NCBI RefSeq assembly: GCF_000189295.2
Contig: NC_016803.1
Coordinates: forward strand, 2,040,001 to 2,072,000
Length of the DNA: 32,000 nucleotides
Reading direction: 5' to 3'
Source: Pseudodesulfovibrio mercurii
GTDB taxonomy: Bacteria; Desulfobacterota; Desulfovibrionia; Desulfovibrionales; Desulfovibrionaceae
A program made the position numbers and the translations under genes. A model generated the notes under the pieces. The model was not told the DNA's origin and searched no databases. It was given only the letters and a program-made list of their open reading frames with translations. This document shows positions 15,991 to 24,633 of this stretch, in pieces. Each line of letters opens with the position of its first letter. The first letter of the stretch is position 1.

Positions 15991-16749
15991 CTACTTCGCG
16001 CCGCCACCGGCCTGGGGGCCATACTTGTCCACGAACCAGCGCACCTGGCGGCAGACGCCCATGAGCAGGTTGAACTCGTTGCGCTTCAGGTTGATCTTGC
16101 TGAAGAAACGGCGCACCGGGAGCATCCAGTAGTCCGGGTTGTCGTCCTTGAGAAAGTCGATGGCCAGCAGGGTCTCCTGGAGGTTGCCGAACAGGGCCTC
16201 CTGCTCCTTGATCGTGGTCGGGCGCTCCTCGGGCGGGCCGTCCGGCACGAAGGGACCGGCCAGCGAGCGCTTGAAGCACTCGTACAGGACCACGACCACG
16301 GCCTGGGCCAGGTTCAGGGAGGTGTCCTCGCGGCTGGTGGGGATGGTCACCAGCCCGGAGCAGACCGAGGTCTCCTCGTTGGTCAGCCCCTTGTCCTCGG
16401 GGCCGAAGACCACGGCCACCCGGCCGCCGGTGCGCAGCCGGTCGTCCACCACGTTCGCCAGGGTCTCGGGGTTCATGATCCCCTTGCGCCAGCCTCCGGT
16501 GCGGGCCGTGGTCCCGAAGACGGCGGTGCACCCCTCCACGGCCTGGGCCAGGGTGTCCACGATACGCGCGGACGTGAGGATGTGCCGGGCATGGGCCGTG
16601 GCCAGGGGCAGGGCCTTGTCCATGTTGAAGTTGTAGGGATCGACCACCACCAGCCGCGACACGCCCATGTTCAGGCAGGCGCGGGCCGCGGAACCGATAT
16701 TCTCCGGGTATTTGGGGCGGAACAGGACCACCACGAGTTCATCCAGCAT
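15991..16749 (-). CDS. trmJ: SpoU/TrmH-family RNA 2'-O-methyltransferase, TrmJ-like
   Basis: ATG at 16749 preceded by AAGGAGG. PENIGSAARA, VFGPEDKGL and IPT...SLNLAQAV are the three SpoU motifs. The C-terminal extension is typical of TrmJ. Confidence 0.75.
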   Translation of the reverse strand: MLDELVVVLFRPKYPENIGSAARACLNMGVSRLVVVDPYNFNMDKALPLATAHARHILTSARIVDTLAQAVEGCTAVFGTTARTGGWRKGIMNPETLANVVDDRLRTGGRVAVVFGPEDKGLTNEETSVCSGLVTIPTSREDTSLNLAQAVVVVLYECFKRSLAGPFVPDGPPEERPTTIKEQEALFGNLQETLLAIDFLKDDNPDYWMLPVRRFFSKINLKRNEFNLLMGVCRQVRWFVDKYGPQAGGGAK

Positions 16750-17075
16750 GGCACCCTCCTTGGGCGTTGACGACGAGGCATGTACCACACCCCCCAGGGA
16801 TGTCAAAACACCCGTCGCGCCCCGCGGGAGCCCCCGTGCGCCGGGGGTTCCCGCCTCCGGAAACATAAGAACCGGTTATGTAAAAGATAATTAATTCAAG
16901 CAGTGAGAGTGGCCTCACCGGAGAATTGCGTTGAAATATTTGTCATTCTGTGCAACAAGGGGATACCGGGTGGAATAGTCTTCCCCCCGGGGGTGTGTTT
17001 TGCCGCCCATGCAATGTGGGCACGGCGAAAAAAGTTGCGGTCCTTATTAACTTCTGTGGTTCCTTAGGAGGAAAC

Positions 17076-18044
17076 ATGAAACGGATCTACATCCTGGCCC
17101 TTGCCATTGCCGTATTTTTCGGCATGTCTTTCGACGCGCAGGCCAAAAAGCGCTATGTCTTCGGCGGCGGTCCGGCCGGCGGCACCTTCCAGATCGTGGC
17201 CAACGCCATCCAGGTCTTCGCCCCCATCAAGGACAACCCCAACTTTTCCATCAAGGCCCAGTCCTCGGGCGGCTCCACCGAGAACCTGCGCACGGTCAAC
17301 GCGGGCCGCTGCGCCTTCGGCACCGTGTACGCTGGCGAGGTCTACCTGGGCCGCAACGGCAAGCTGACCGGCGACCCGAACAAGTACGAAAAGGTCCTGA
17401 CCGTGGGCTACCTCTACGGCGCGCCCGCCCAGCTGGTCATCCGCAAAGGCTCGGGCATCAAGTCCGCCAAGGACCTGGCCGGCAAGAAGGTCGGCGTGGG
17501 CAACGCCGGTTCCGGCGCCTTCGCCAACTGCGAGCGGTTCTTCACCCACCTGGGCATCTGGGACAAGATCGAGCGCAACGCCATGGGCTACAACGACGCG
17601 GCCCAGGCCTTCGGCAACGAACAGCTCGACGCCTTCTGGCTGCTGACCGCCTATCCGTCCGGGGCCGTGATCATGGCCGCCCAGACCAACGACATCGACC
17701 TGGTGGATGTCGGGGCCGACGCGCAGAACTCCGGCTACTACGAGGCCTATCCCTACTTCGGCAAGCTGACCATCCCGGCGGGCACCTACCGCGGGGTGGA
17801 TCACGACACCCCCTCCTTCTTCGATTCCGCGCTGCTCGTGGCCAACGCCGACGTGCCGGCCGAGGACGTGTACCAGCTCCTCAAGGCCATCTGGTCCGAG
17901 GAAGGCCTGAAGCACATGGTCGAGCAGAAGAAGACCTTCAAGGCCATGAGCGTGGCCGACGGTCTCAAGGGCGTGAATCCGGCAGCGACTCCCCTGCACC
18001 CCGGTGCGGAGAAGTTCTGGAAGGAAATGGGCGTCCTGAAGTAG
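17076..18044 (+). CDS. TAXI-family TRAP transporter solute-binding protein (paralog 1)
   Basis: ATG at 17076 preceded by AGGAGG. Signal peptide present. TAXI-like GGGPAGGTFQ..., SSGGSTENL, YLYGAPAQLV and PLHPGAEKFWKE. Confidence 0.85.
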   Translation: MKRIYILALAIAVFFGMSFDAQAKKRYVFGGGPAGGTFQIVANAIQVFAPIKDNPNFSIKAQSSGGSTENLRTVNAGRCAFGTVYAGEVYLGRNGKLTGDPNKYEKVLTVGYLYGAPAQLVIRKGSGIKSAKDLAGKKVGVGNAGSGAFANCERFFTHLGIWDKIERNAMGYNDAAQAFGNEQLDAFWLLTAYPSGAVIMAAQTNDIDLVDVGADAQNSGYYEAYPYFGKLTIPAGTYRGVDHDTPSFFDSALLVANADVPAEDVYQLLKAIWSEEGLKHMVEQKKTFKAMSVADGLKGVNPAATPLHPGAEKFWKEMGVLK

Positions 18045-18062
18045 GCCCCCGCTCCCGACATC

Positions 18063-18094
18063 GTGCACGGGCGGGCCGCACGGCCCGCCCGCAC
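18063..18094 (+). other. GC-rich intercistronic stem-loop (no U-tract)
   Basis: gtgc(a)cgggcgggccg / cggcccgcccgcac lies 19 nt after the binding-protein stop. It sits within a 217-bp gap before the permease gene. Confidence 0.4.
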
Positions 18095-18261
18095 CGCGCG
18101 TTCCCGGCGGACTCCGGTCCCCGCCGGGCCCGCGCGCAGGAAACCGATCCGCCCCGCACGGCCCGGCCGGTCTTCGGTCACGGCCCTCCGGCCCCCGGCC
18201 CGTGCGCCCGGCGCGACACATTTTTCAACCCCCGCCCCCAGCGGGCGGCCGAGAGCGCGCA

Positions 18262-20379
18262 ATGTACGACAAATTAAACAAATTCGAACGGTTTCTCTTC
18301 GACTTCCTGTCCGTGGCCATGGTCCTGTTCTACTCCTGGTCGGCCATCTTCGAACCGGCGGCGACCCAGTACCACCGGGGCGTCTACGTGATCATTACGT
18401 ACATCCTCGTCTTCCTGCTCTACAAGTCCAGGAGCCGGATCATGCGCGTGGTGGACTACCTGCTCATGCTCGCCTCCCTGACCTCCGTGGGCTACTGGAT
18501 CCTGAACTTCGAGGTCATCAACTACCGCATCGGCCGGGAGGACGACTGGGACAAGGCCATGGCCATGATCGGCGTGCTGATCGGCATCGAACTGGCCCGC
18601 CGGGTGGTCGGCAACGTCTTCGTCATCATCGGCGTGCTCATGCTCCTGTTCGGCATGTACGGCGCGCACATGCCCGAGCTCATCGCCCACGCGGGCGCGA
18701 GCTTCCCGGACCTGTGCACCTCCATCTTCTACCGCTCGGACGGCGTGTTCGGCATCATGGCCAACGTGCTGGCCACCTACATCATCCTGTTCGTGCTCTT
18801 CGGGGCCTTCCTGGAGCAGTGCGGGGCACAGCGGTTCTTCATCGACTGGCCGCTGGCGGCCGTGGGCCACAAGATCGGCGGCCCGGCCAAGGTCTCGGTC
18901 ATCGCCTCGGGCCTGTTCGGGTCCATCTCGGGCTCGGCCATCGCCAACACCGTGTCCACCGGCTCCTTCACCATCCCGATGATGAAAAAGGCGGGCTTCA
19001 AGCCCCACGTGGCCGGCGGCATCGAACCCGCCGCCTCCATCGGCGGCATGTTCATGCCTCCGATCATGGGCGCGGGCGGGTTCATCATGGCCGAGATGAC
19101 CGGCCTGCCCTATTCGCAGATCATGCTCATCGCCATCTTCCCGGCGTTCATGTACTTCTTCTCCGTGTTCGTCATGGTCCACTACGAGGCCAAGAAAGAG
19201 AACATCGTGGGCGAGCGGTACAAGGAAAACGCCATGACCATCTTCAAGCGGGAATGGCTCTACACCCTGCCGCTCATCGGCATCACCATCTTCATGCTGG
19301 CCGGCTACTCGCCGGGCTATTCGGCCATCGTCGGCCTGGCCATCTGCATCGGCCTGTCCTTCAAGGACGACACCCAGCGCATCGATCCGACCCTGCTCAT
19401 CGTCATGGCCTTCATGGTCGTCTGCCCCTGGCTGGTCAAACTGGTCGGCCTGGTGGGCGGCAAGGAGGCGGCCACGGCGCTGCGGCCGTTCATGTCCGGC
19501 CGCATCCTCATGCTCTACGGCCTGATCGCGGCCGCCGCGTTCTTCTTCTACCGGAAGAAGAGCCGGTTGGACGACAGCGGCCAGACCTTCGTCGTGGTCG
19601 CCACGCTCATGGGCGTCTCCATCCTGATGACCCTGGTCCACACGGTCCCGGCCATGATCAGCCCGGAATTCGCCAAGTCCTTCAACGCGATATTCAACAA
19701 GGAAATAATCCTCCTGGTCGGTCTGCTGATCGCCGCGGCGGTCTTCGCCTATCCCAGGGGCGAACGGAACGAACTGCACGGGTTCGTCGTCGCGTCCCGC
19801 ATGGGCACCATCAACTCGCTCAAGATCGGCGCCACCGTCGGCGTCATCGGCATCATCATCGGCGTATTGACCTACTCCGGCCTGGTGCTGACCTTCGCCG
19901 ACATCGTCATCGAGCTGGCCCACGGCAACCTGATCTACACCATCCTGCTCATCGCCCTGGCCTCGCTGATCCTCGGCATGGGCGTGCCCGTCACCGCCGC
20001 CTACCTGATCACCGCCGTGGTCGCGGTCCCGGCCCTGACCCACCTGGGGGTCAACGAGGTCGCCGCGCACATGATCGTCTACTGGCTGTCCCAGGACTCC
20101 AACATCACCCCGCCGGTCTGCATCGCCGCCTTCGCGGGCGCGACCATCGCCGGGGCCAACATGTGGCGGACCGCGTTCACCTCGTTCAAGTTCGCTAAAT
20201 TCCTCTACCTGGCGCCGTTCCTGTTCGCCTACATCCCGGCGTTCTCCCTGGACGCCTCCGTGCAGCAGATCGTCATCTGGTTCGCCGTCATCACGGTCAT
20301 CGTCTACGTATACGCCTGGTTCATGAGCTTCATCTGGTTCAAGCCGCTGAAGCGCCTGCTCGGCCTGGCCCCGGCCTGA
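18262..20379 (+). CDS. TRAP transporter fused permease (TAXI-type, small+large membrane components)
   Basis: In-frame ATG at 18262. The 705-aa polytopic membrane protein has DctM-like segments, e.g. ASGLFGSISGSAIANTVSTGSFTIPMMKKAGF and GANMWRTAFTSFKF. Confidence 0.9.
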   Translation: MYDKLNKFERFLFDFLSVAMVLFYSWSAIFEPAATQYHRGVYVIITYILVFLLYKSRSRIMRVVDYLLMLASLTSVGYWILNFEVINYRIGREDDWDKAMAMIGVLIGIELARRVVGNVFVIIGVLMLLFGMYGAHMPELIAHAGASFPDLCTSIFYRSDGVFGIMANVLATYIILFVLFGAFLEQCGAQRFFIDWPLAAVGHKIGGPAKVSVIASGLFGSISGSAIANTVSTGSFTIPMMKKAGFKPHVAGGIEPAASIGGMFMPPIMGAGGFIMAEMTGLPYSQIMLIAIFPAFMYFFSVFVMVHYEAKKENIVGERYKENAMTIFKREWLYTLPLIGITIFMLAGYSPGYSAIVGLAICIGLSFKDDTQRIDPTLLIVMAFMVVCPWLVKLVGLVGGKEAATALRPFMSGRILMLYGLIAAAAFFFYRKKSRLDDSGQTFVVVATLMGVSILMTLVHTVPAMISPEFAKSFNAIFNKEIILLVGLLIAAAVFAYPRGERNELHGFVVASRMGTINSLKIGATVGVIGIIIGVLTYSGLVLTFADIVIELAHGNLIYTILLIALASLILGMGVPVTAAYLITAVVAVPALTHLGVNEVAAHMIVYWLSQDSNITPPVCIAAFAGATIAGANMWRTAFTSFKFAKFLYLAPFLFAYIPAFSLDASVQQIVIWFAVITVIVYVYAWFMSFIWFKPLKRLLGLAPA

Positions 20380-20398
20380 CCGTAACCCACGCAATCAC

Positions 20399-20430
20399 CC
20401 CGCAAGGGGCGGCAAGCCGCCCCTTGCGGG
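20399..20430 (+). other. 14-bp perfect stem-loop after the permease gene (terminator-like, no U-tract)
   Basis: cccgcaaggggcgg-caag-ccgccccttgcggg. Confidence 0.45.
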
Positions 20431-20574
20431 ATGCCCCCTGGCCCCCCCACCCCCTCTCTCACCATCCCAAACTTTTTGGCGCCGCTTCGCGGGGGGTGTA
20501 CTATTTAGTAAAATTACATTTTTTACACCACCGTTCCGGCACGCCGCCAACACACCGCCCCCCGCGTTCGCACG

Positions 20575-20666
20575 GCCCTGCCGAAGGCACACAAAAAGTT
20601 TGGGAGGGTCCAGGGAACCCTTTTCAAAGGGTTCCCTGGTCTCCCCGAAGGGGCCGCCGGAGGCAT
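20575..20666 (+). repeat. Intergenic repeat family R1, copy a
   Basis: Shares three blocks with 24508-24630: gccctgccgaaggcacaYaaaaagtttRgga, the palindrome core gggaaccctttt..aaagggttccc, and ggccgccggaggcat. The internal 13-bp palindrome is 20610-20622 / 20627-20639. Confidence 0.75.
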
Positions 20667-20846
20667 CCCCTTCGCTCCGCTCCTCGCCCCCCCACCCCTG
20701 ACCTGCCCGGCGGACTGTCGCGAGGGATTATTATTTGCATACGCAGGGGCGTGGTGCGTTGTATTCGCGGACGACGTGTGGCAAAAAGTCGTTCAAACCG
20801 GACGCTGCGCCCGACGCGGCGTGAATCCCTCGGTTGCGGAGGTCTG

Positions 20847-21863
20847 ATGTCCCGCCTGGCCGTCATCCTGATTTCGTTGTGCTGCCTGGCCGTTTTCGCG
20901 GTCACGGACTGCGCGTGGGACATGCCGGGCGAGGCGCACGCGACGCAACCCGCCAAGGTTCGGACCCTGTTGTTCAACGGCGGTCCGCGCGGCGGGACCT
21001 TCAACCACTTCGCCAACAAGATGGCGGCGGTCATCAGCGAGGACGTGCCCGGCCTGGACGTGCTGGCGCGGCAGTCGAGCGGGAGCGTGGACAATCTCCT
21101 GGCCCTGTGCGCGGGCACGGCGGACATGGCCATCGCCAATGCGGGCGACGCCTTTCTGGCGCGCACGGGCAAGTTGAACTGCGCGCACAAGAAATACGCC
21201 GATGTTCAGGCCCTGGCCTACTTGTACGGAGCTCCGGCGCAGCTGGTGGTGCGTGCGGACTCGGCCATCCACACGGTGCTCGACCTGCGCGGCAAGGTCC
21301 TGGCGGTGGGCAATCCGGGCTCGGGCGCGGCCCTGTCGGCCGAGCGGTTCTTCCGCCACCTCAAGCTCTGGGGACGGATCAGGCATCGGTCCGTGGGCTA
21401 TGCCGAGGCGGCGGCGGACTTCGCCTCGGGCGCGGTGGATGGGTTCTGGGTCCTGGCGGGCGTGCCCAACACGGCGGTCATCGAGGCGGCGGCGGGCGTG
21501 CCGGTGCGGCTGCTCGACCTGCACCAGGCGGCCACGGTCTCGAGCTTCTACCAGCTCTATCCCTTCTACTCGCAGGCGACCATCCCGGCCGGGACCTATA
21601 CGGGCCAGGACGAGCCCGTGCAGACCTTCCAGGACGCGGCCCTGTGGTGCGCGCGCACCGGGCTGGACAGCCGGATCGTGTACGACAGCCTCAAGGCGGT
21701 GTTTTCCGAAACCCGGCTCGAAGAGCTGCGCCAGGCCCACGGCGCGGCCCGGGACATGTCCCTCAAGACCGGCATCCGCAGCCTGTCCATCCCCCTGCAC
21801 CCCGGCGCGGTCCGCTTCTGGGACGAGCACCGGGTGGAGATTCCGCCCATCCTCATGCCCTAG
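20847..21863 (+). CDS. TAXI-family TRAP solute-binding protein (paralog 2)
   Basis: ATG at 20847 preceded by GGAGG. Signal peptide present. Shares YLYGAPAQLV, GNPGSGA, PLHPGAVRFW and the overall layout with the 17076 gene. Confidence 0.85.
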   Translation: MSRLAVILISLCCLAVFAVTDCAWDMPGEAHATQPAKVRTLLFNGGPRGGTFNHFANKMAAVISEDVPGLDVLARQSSGSVDNLLALCAGTADMAIANAGDAFLARTGKLNCAHKKYADVQALAYLYGAPAQLVVRADSAIHTVLDLRGKVLAVGNPGSGAALSAERFFRHLKLWGRIRHRSVGYAEAAADFASGAVDGFWVLAGVPNTAVIEAAAGVPVRLLDLHQAATVSSFYQLYPFYSQATIPAGTYTGQDEPVQTFQDAALWCARTGLDSRIVYDSLKAVFSETRLEELRQAHGAARDMSLKTGIRSLSIPLHPGAVRFWDEHRVEIPPILMP

Positions 21864-22140
21864 GTCCTATTTTTTCCCCGACCCGTTCGCAGGGGGAAAC
21901 GGCCCAACCGGCTGATTTGACTGGACGCTCAACCAGACCCCCCGCAATGACCCGCAAACCCTTGCCGTGCAAGGAGAGATACTGCTTGACGGAAATTGAA
22001 AAACCCCCGTACCAATGGTCAACTGTATTGCGGTCACACCAGTCTGTCGGGAGGTTTCCGGTCACGGGCCGCGCCGGTCCGTGGGCCACTTTTCCGCTCT
22101 TCAACGACTGGGCCATAACTGAATCAAGGGAGGCCTGATC

Positions 22141-23460
22141 ATGGCATTGTTCACCAAGGAAGAAGCGCTCAACTATCACTCCAGCAAACGCAAGGGCAAG
22201 CTGGAGGTCATCTCCATCAAACCGTGCAGGAACCAGAAGGACCTGTCCATGGCCTACAGCCCCGGCGTGGCCGAGGCCTGCCGCGCCATCCACGCGGACA
22301 CGGAAAAGGTCTACGACTACACCAACAAGGGCAACCTGGTGGCGGTCGTGTCCAACGGCACCGCCGTGCTCGGCCTGGGCAACATCGGGCCCGAGGCGGG
22401 CAAGCCGGTCATGGAGGGCAAGGGCGTCCTGTTCAAGATATTCTCCGACATCGACGTCTACGACCTGAACATCAGCGCCAAGACCCCGGACGAGGTGGTC
22501 GCCTTCTGCAAGCTGCTGGAGCCGACCTTCGGCGGCATCAACCTGGAGGACATCAAGGCCCCCGAGTGCTTCGAGATCGAGACCCGGCTCAAGGCCGAAA
22601 TGGGCATCCCGGTCTTCCACGACGACCAGCACGGCACGGCCATCATCTCGGCGGCGGGCATCATGAACGCCCTGGAGATCTCGGGCAAGAAGATCGACGA
22701 GATCAGGATCGTGGTCTCGGGCGCGGGCGCGGCGGCCATCGCCTGCTCCAACCTGTACGTGCACATGGGCGTCAAGCGCGAGAACATCTTCATGTTCGAC
22801 TCGCGCGGCCTGATCCACGCCGGGCGCACCGATCTGAACGAGTTCAAGCAGGCCTACGCCCAGACCGAGAACAAGGGAACCCTGGCCGAATGCATGGTCG
22901 GGGCCGACATGTTCCTGGGGCTGTCCGTCAAGGACGCCATCAACCAGGACATGGTCAGGACCATGGCCGACAACGCCATCATCTTCGCCTGCGCCAACCC
23001 GGACCCGGAGATCACCTACGAGGCGGTCAAGGAAGTGCGCCCGGACATCATCATGGGCACGGGCCGGTCCGACTTCCCCAACCAGGTCAACAACGTGCTC
23101 GGCTTCCCGTTCATCTTCCGGGGCGCGCTCGACTGCCGCGCCAAGACCATCAACGAGGAGATGAAGATCGCCGCGGCCGAAGCCCTGGCGCGCCTGGCCA
23201 AGGAGCCGGTCTCCCAGGACATCTGCGACGCCTTCGGCGTGGACAAGCTCGAGTTCGGCATCAACTACATCATCCCCAAGCCGCTGGACCCGCGCGTTCT
23301 CACCTGGCTCGCCCCGGCCGTGGCCAAGGCCGCCATGGACACCGGCGTGGCCCAGATTCAGCTGGACCTCGACCAGTACGCCAAGGACCTCGAAGCGCGC
23401 ATGATCGCCTCCAAGGCCCGCACCAAGCTCGTGGTCGATTCCTTCGGGTACGACATCTAG
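22141..23460 (+). CDS. NAD(P)-dependent malic enzyme (short form, no PTA domain)
   Basis: GGGAGG upstream. [56 protein letters not shown] and GAGAAAIA are classic malic-enzyme motifs. Confidence 0.9.
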   Translation: MALFTKEEALNYHSSKRKGKLEVISIKPCRNQKDLSMAYSPGVAEACRAIHADTEKVYDYTNKGNLVAVVSNGTAVLGLGNIGPEAGKPVMEGKGVLFKIFSDIDVYDLNISAKTPDEVVAFCKLLEPTFGGINLEDIKAPECFEIETRLKAEMGIPVFHDDQHGTAIISAAGIMNALEISGKKIDEIRIVVSGAGAAAIACSNLYVHMGVKRENIFMFDSRGLIHAGRTDLNEFKQAYAQTENKGTLAECMVGADMFLGLSVKDAINQDMVRTMADNAIIFACANPDPEITYEAVKEVRPDIIMGTGRSDFPNQVNNVLGFPFIFRGALDCRAKTINEEMKIAAAEALARLAKEPVSQDICDAFGVDKLEFGINYIIPKPLDPRVLTWLAPAVAKAAMDTGVAQIQLDLDQYAKDLEARMIASKARTKLVVDSFGYDI

Positions 23461-23483
23461 TTGAACCAACGCTTCATATAATT

Positions 23484-23514
23484 AAGGCCGGACAACTTGC
23501 CCGGCCTTTTTTTT
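23484..23514 (+). terminator. Rho-independent terminator after the malic enzyme gene
   Basis: Stem ggccgg / ccggcc followed by T8 (23507-23514). Confidence 0.7.
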
Positions 23515-23523
23515 GGAATAGCG

Positions 23524-23651
23524 GATGCCGCTGCGCGGCGATTGTTGGATGATTTCGCCTCCGCCGGGCAGCACCAGCTCTTGGCGAGTCTTCAAGCCTT
23601 AGAGATGACAGCCGCGATAGGGTTCGCACCCTTGCATCCCGTTTATACGCC
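23524..23651 (+). repeat. Intergenic repeat family R2, copy a (with a ~48-nt internal insertion)
   Basis: Block 1, gatgccgctgcgcggcgattgttggatgatttcgcctccgccgggca (23524-23570), and block 2, agggttcgcacccttgcatcccgtttatacgcc (23619-23651), match 25439-25519 with only a few substitutions. Confidence 0.75.
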
Positions 23652-23711
23652 CTGTCGGGCGCGGAGAGCACGCGCGTTGCGCTGGGGGGAGTTGTCCTCT
23701 ATGCTTTGCAT

Positions 23712-23894
23712 ATGGACGAAACCACCATTCAAGAACTGCGCGAACTGGCCGAACAAAACGGCATCGACCCGGACCAGTTGCTGGCCATCGGCGAAACCGA
23801 CGGGCTGGACCCGGAGCTGCGCCGGGCCGTGGCCGACATCCTCGGCGACGTCACCCTGTTCGGCCAGGCCCTGGACGGCCTGGACCACGACTAG
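23712..23894 (+). CDS. Small acidic hypothetical protein (60 aa)
   Basis: ATG at 23712; the track ORF starts at a TTG two codons earlier. G/C-rich third positions. The stop is 3 nt before the thpR ATG. There is no SD, but a TTGCGC-17-TATGCT box ends 6 nt before the ATG, so the mRNA may be leaderless. Confidence 0.45.
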   Translation: MDETTIQELRELAEQNGIDPDQLLAIGETDGLDPELRRAVADILGDVTLFGQALDGLDHD

Positions 23895-23897
23895 ACC

Positions 23898-24470
23898 ATG
23901 CCCAGACTGTTCATCGGCATAGGCTTGCCGGACACTTACCGGCAATCGCTCAACGCCCTGACGAAGTGGCTTTCCAAACTTACCGATGCCAGCGTCAACT
24001 GGTCCCGGCCCGACACCTGGCACCTGACGCTGAAGTTCCTGGGCGAGACCGAGGAGGCGCGCATTCCGGCCATCCGGGAGGCGCTGGCCGCCATCCATTT
24101 TCCCGCCTTCCCCGTGCAGGCCGGGGGCACGGGCGCGTTCCCGGACGCGAAACGCCCCAAGGTCCTCTGGCTCGGCCTGGTCCAGGGCGGGGAGCAGACC
24201 GCGACCCTGGCCCGGTCCATCGAGGACGCCTTGACGGCCATCGGCATCCCGCGCGAGAAAAAGCCCTTCCGCCCGCACCTGACCCTCGGCCGCATCAGAA
24301 AACCCGCCCCCGGCGACTGGCAACCCATCCTCGACGCTGCGGCCGCACAGGAATGGCCGCCCTTCACCGTCCCCCACTTCACCCTCTGGCAGAGCGTACT
24401 CACCCCGGAAGGAGCCATCCACACCCCCCTGGCCGCATTCCCCGCCCAACAAGTTCAACCTCCGCTTTAA
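23898..24470 (+). CDS. thpR: RNA 2',3'-cyclic phosphodiesterase (2H phosphoesterase, LigT/ThpR)
   Basis: Two HxT motifs at the expected spacing: WHLTLKF and PHLTLGR. Confidence 0.85.
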   Translation: MPRLFIGIGLPDTYRQSLNALTKWLSKLTDASVNWSRPDTWHLTLKFLGETEEARIPAIREALAAIHFPAFPVQAGGTGAFPDAKRPKVLWLGLVQGGEQTATLARSIEDALTAIGIPREKKPFRPHLTLGRIRKPAPGDWQPILDAAAAQEWPPFTVPHFTLWQSVLTPEGAIHTPLAAFPAQQVQPPL

Positions 24471-24507
24471 AAACGACCAAAAGCGCACGCGCCCACGCGG
24501 ACGCACG

Positions 24508-24630
24508 CCCCTGCCGAAGGCACATAAAAAGTTTAGGAAGGAAGAGAGGATGGGGGTCCGGGGGAAGGGGAGAAGGGAACCCTTTTCTCAAAGGGTTCCC
24601 TTCTCCCCTTCCCCCGGCCGCCGGAGGCAT
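24508..24630 (+). repeat. Intergenic repeat family R1, copy b, containing a 24-bp perfect palindrome
   Basis: Same three blocks as 20575-20666. The palindrome is ggggaaggggagaagggaaccctt (24561-24584) / aagggttcccttctccccttcccc (24591-24614). The copy abuts the xthA stop codon. Confidence 0.8.
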
Positions 24631-24633
24631 TCT

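Noticed and set aside
13346-16531. 1061-aa ORF on the minus strand, the longest in the track
   Set aside because: It lies exactly antisense to the Cache-PAS-GGDEF-EAL gene, which has unambiguous domain motifs. Its translation is low-complexity and Gly/Arg/Pro/His/Val/Asp-rich with no motifs and no SD. This is the classic shadow ORF of high-GC DNA, where stop codons are rare on the antisense frame.
17008-17032. Possible sigma54 box tgGGCACggcgaaaaaagtTGCgg upstream of the first TAXI gene
   Set aside because: The GG-to-GC spacing is wrong for either possible GG, being 1 nt or about 6 nt too long compared with TGGCAC-N5-TTGC. This contrasts with the exact match upstream of flgE.
18063-20394. 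711-aa (+) and 706-aa (-) ORFs overlapping the TRAP permease gene
   Set aside because: The alternate frame and the antisense of a clearly polytopic DctM-like permease translate to Arg/His/Gly/Pro/Asp-rich low-complexity sequence. Only the 18262-20379 frame gives hydrophobic helices and conserved TRAP motifs.
21986-22016. TTGACG...TACCAAT as a promoter for the malic enzyme gene
   Set aside because: The best -10 candidate needs a 19-nt spacer and is a weak match. It is not strong enough to report as a feature.
23619-23634. tRNA-like GGTTCGCACCC word (also at 25488-25500) suggesting a tRNA fragment or att site
   Set aside because: The stem AGGGT/ACCCT encloses only a 4-nt loop rather than the 7-nt T-loop. 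No acceptor or anticodon arms can be built around it.
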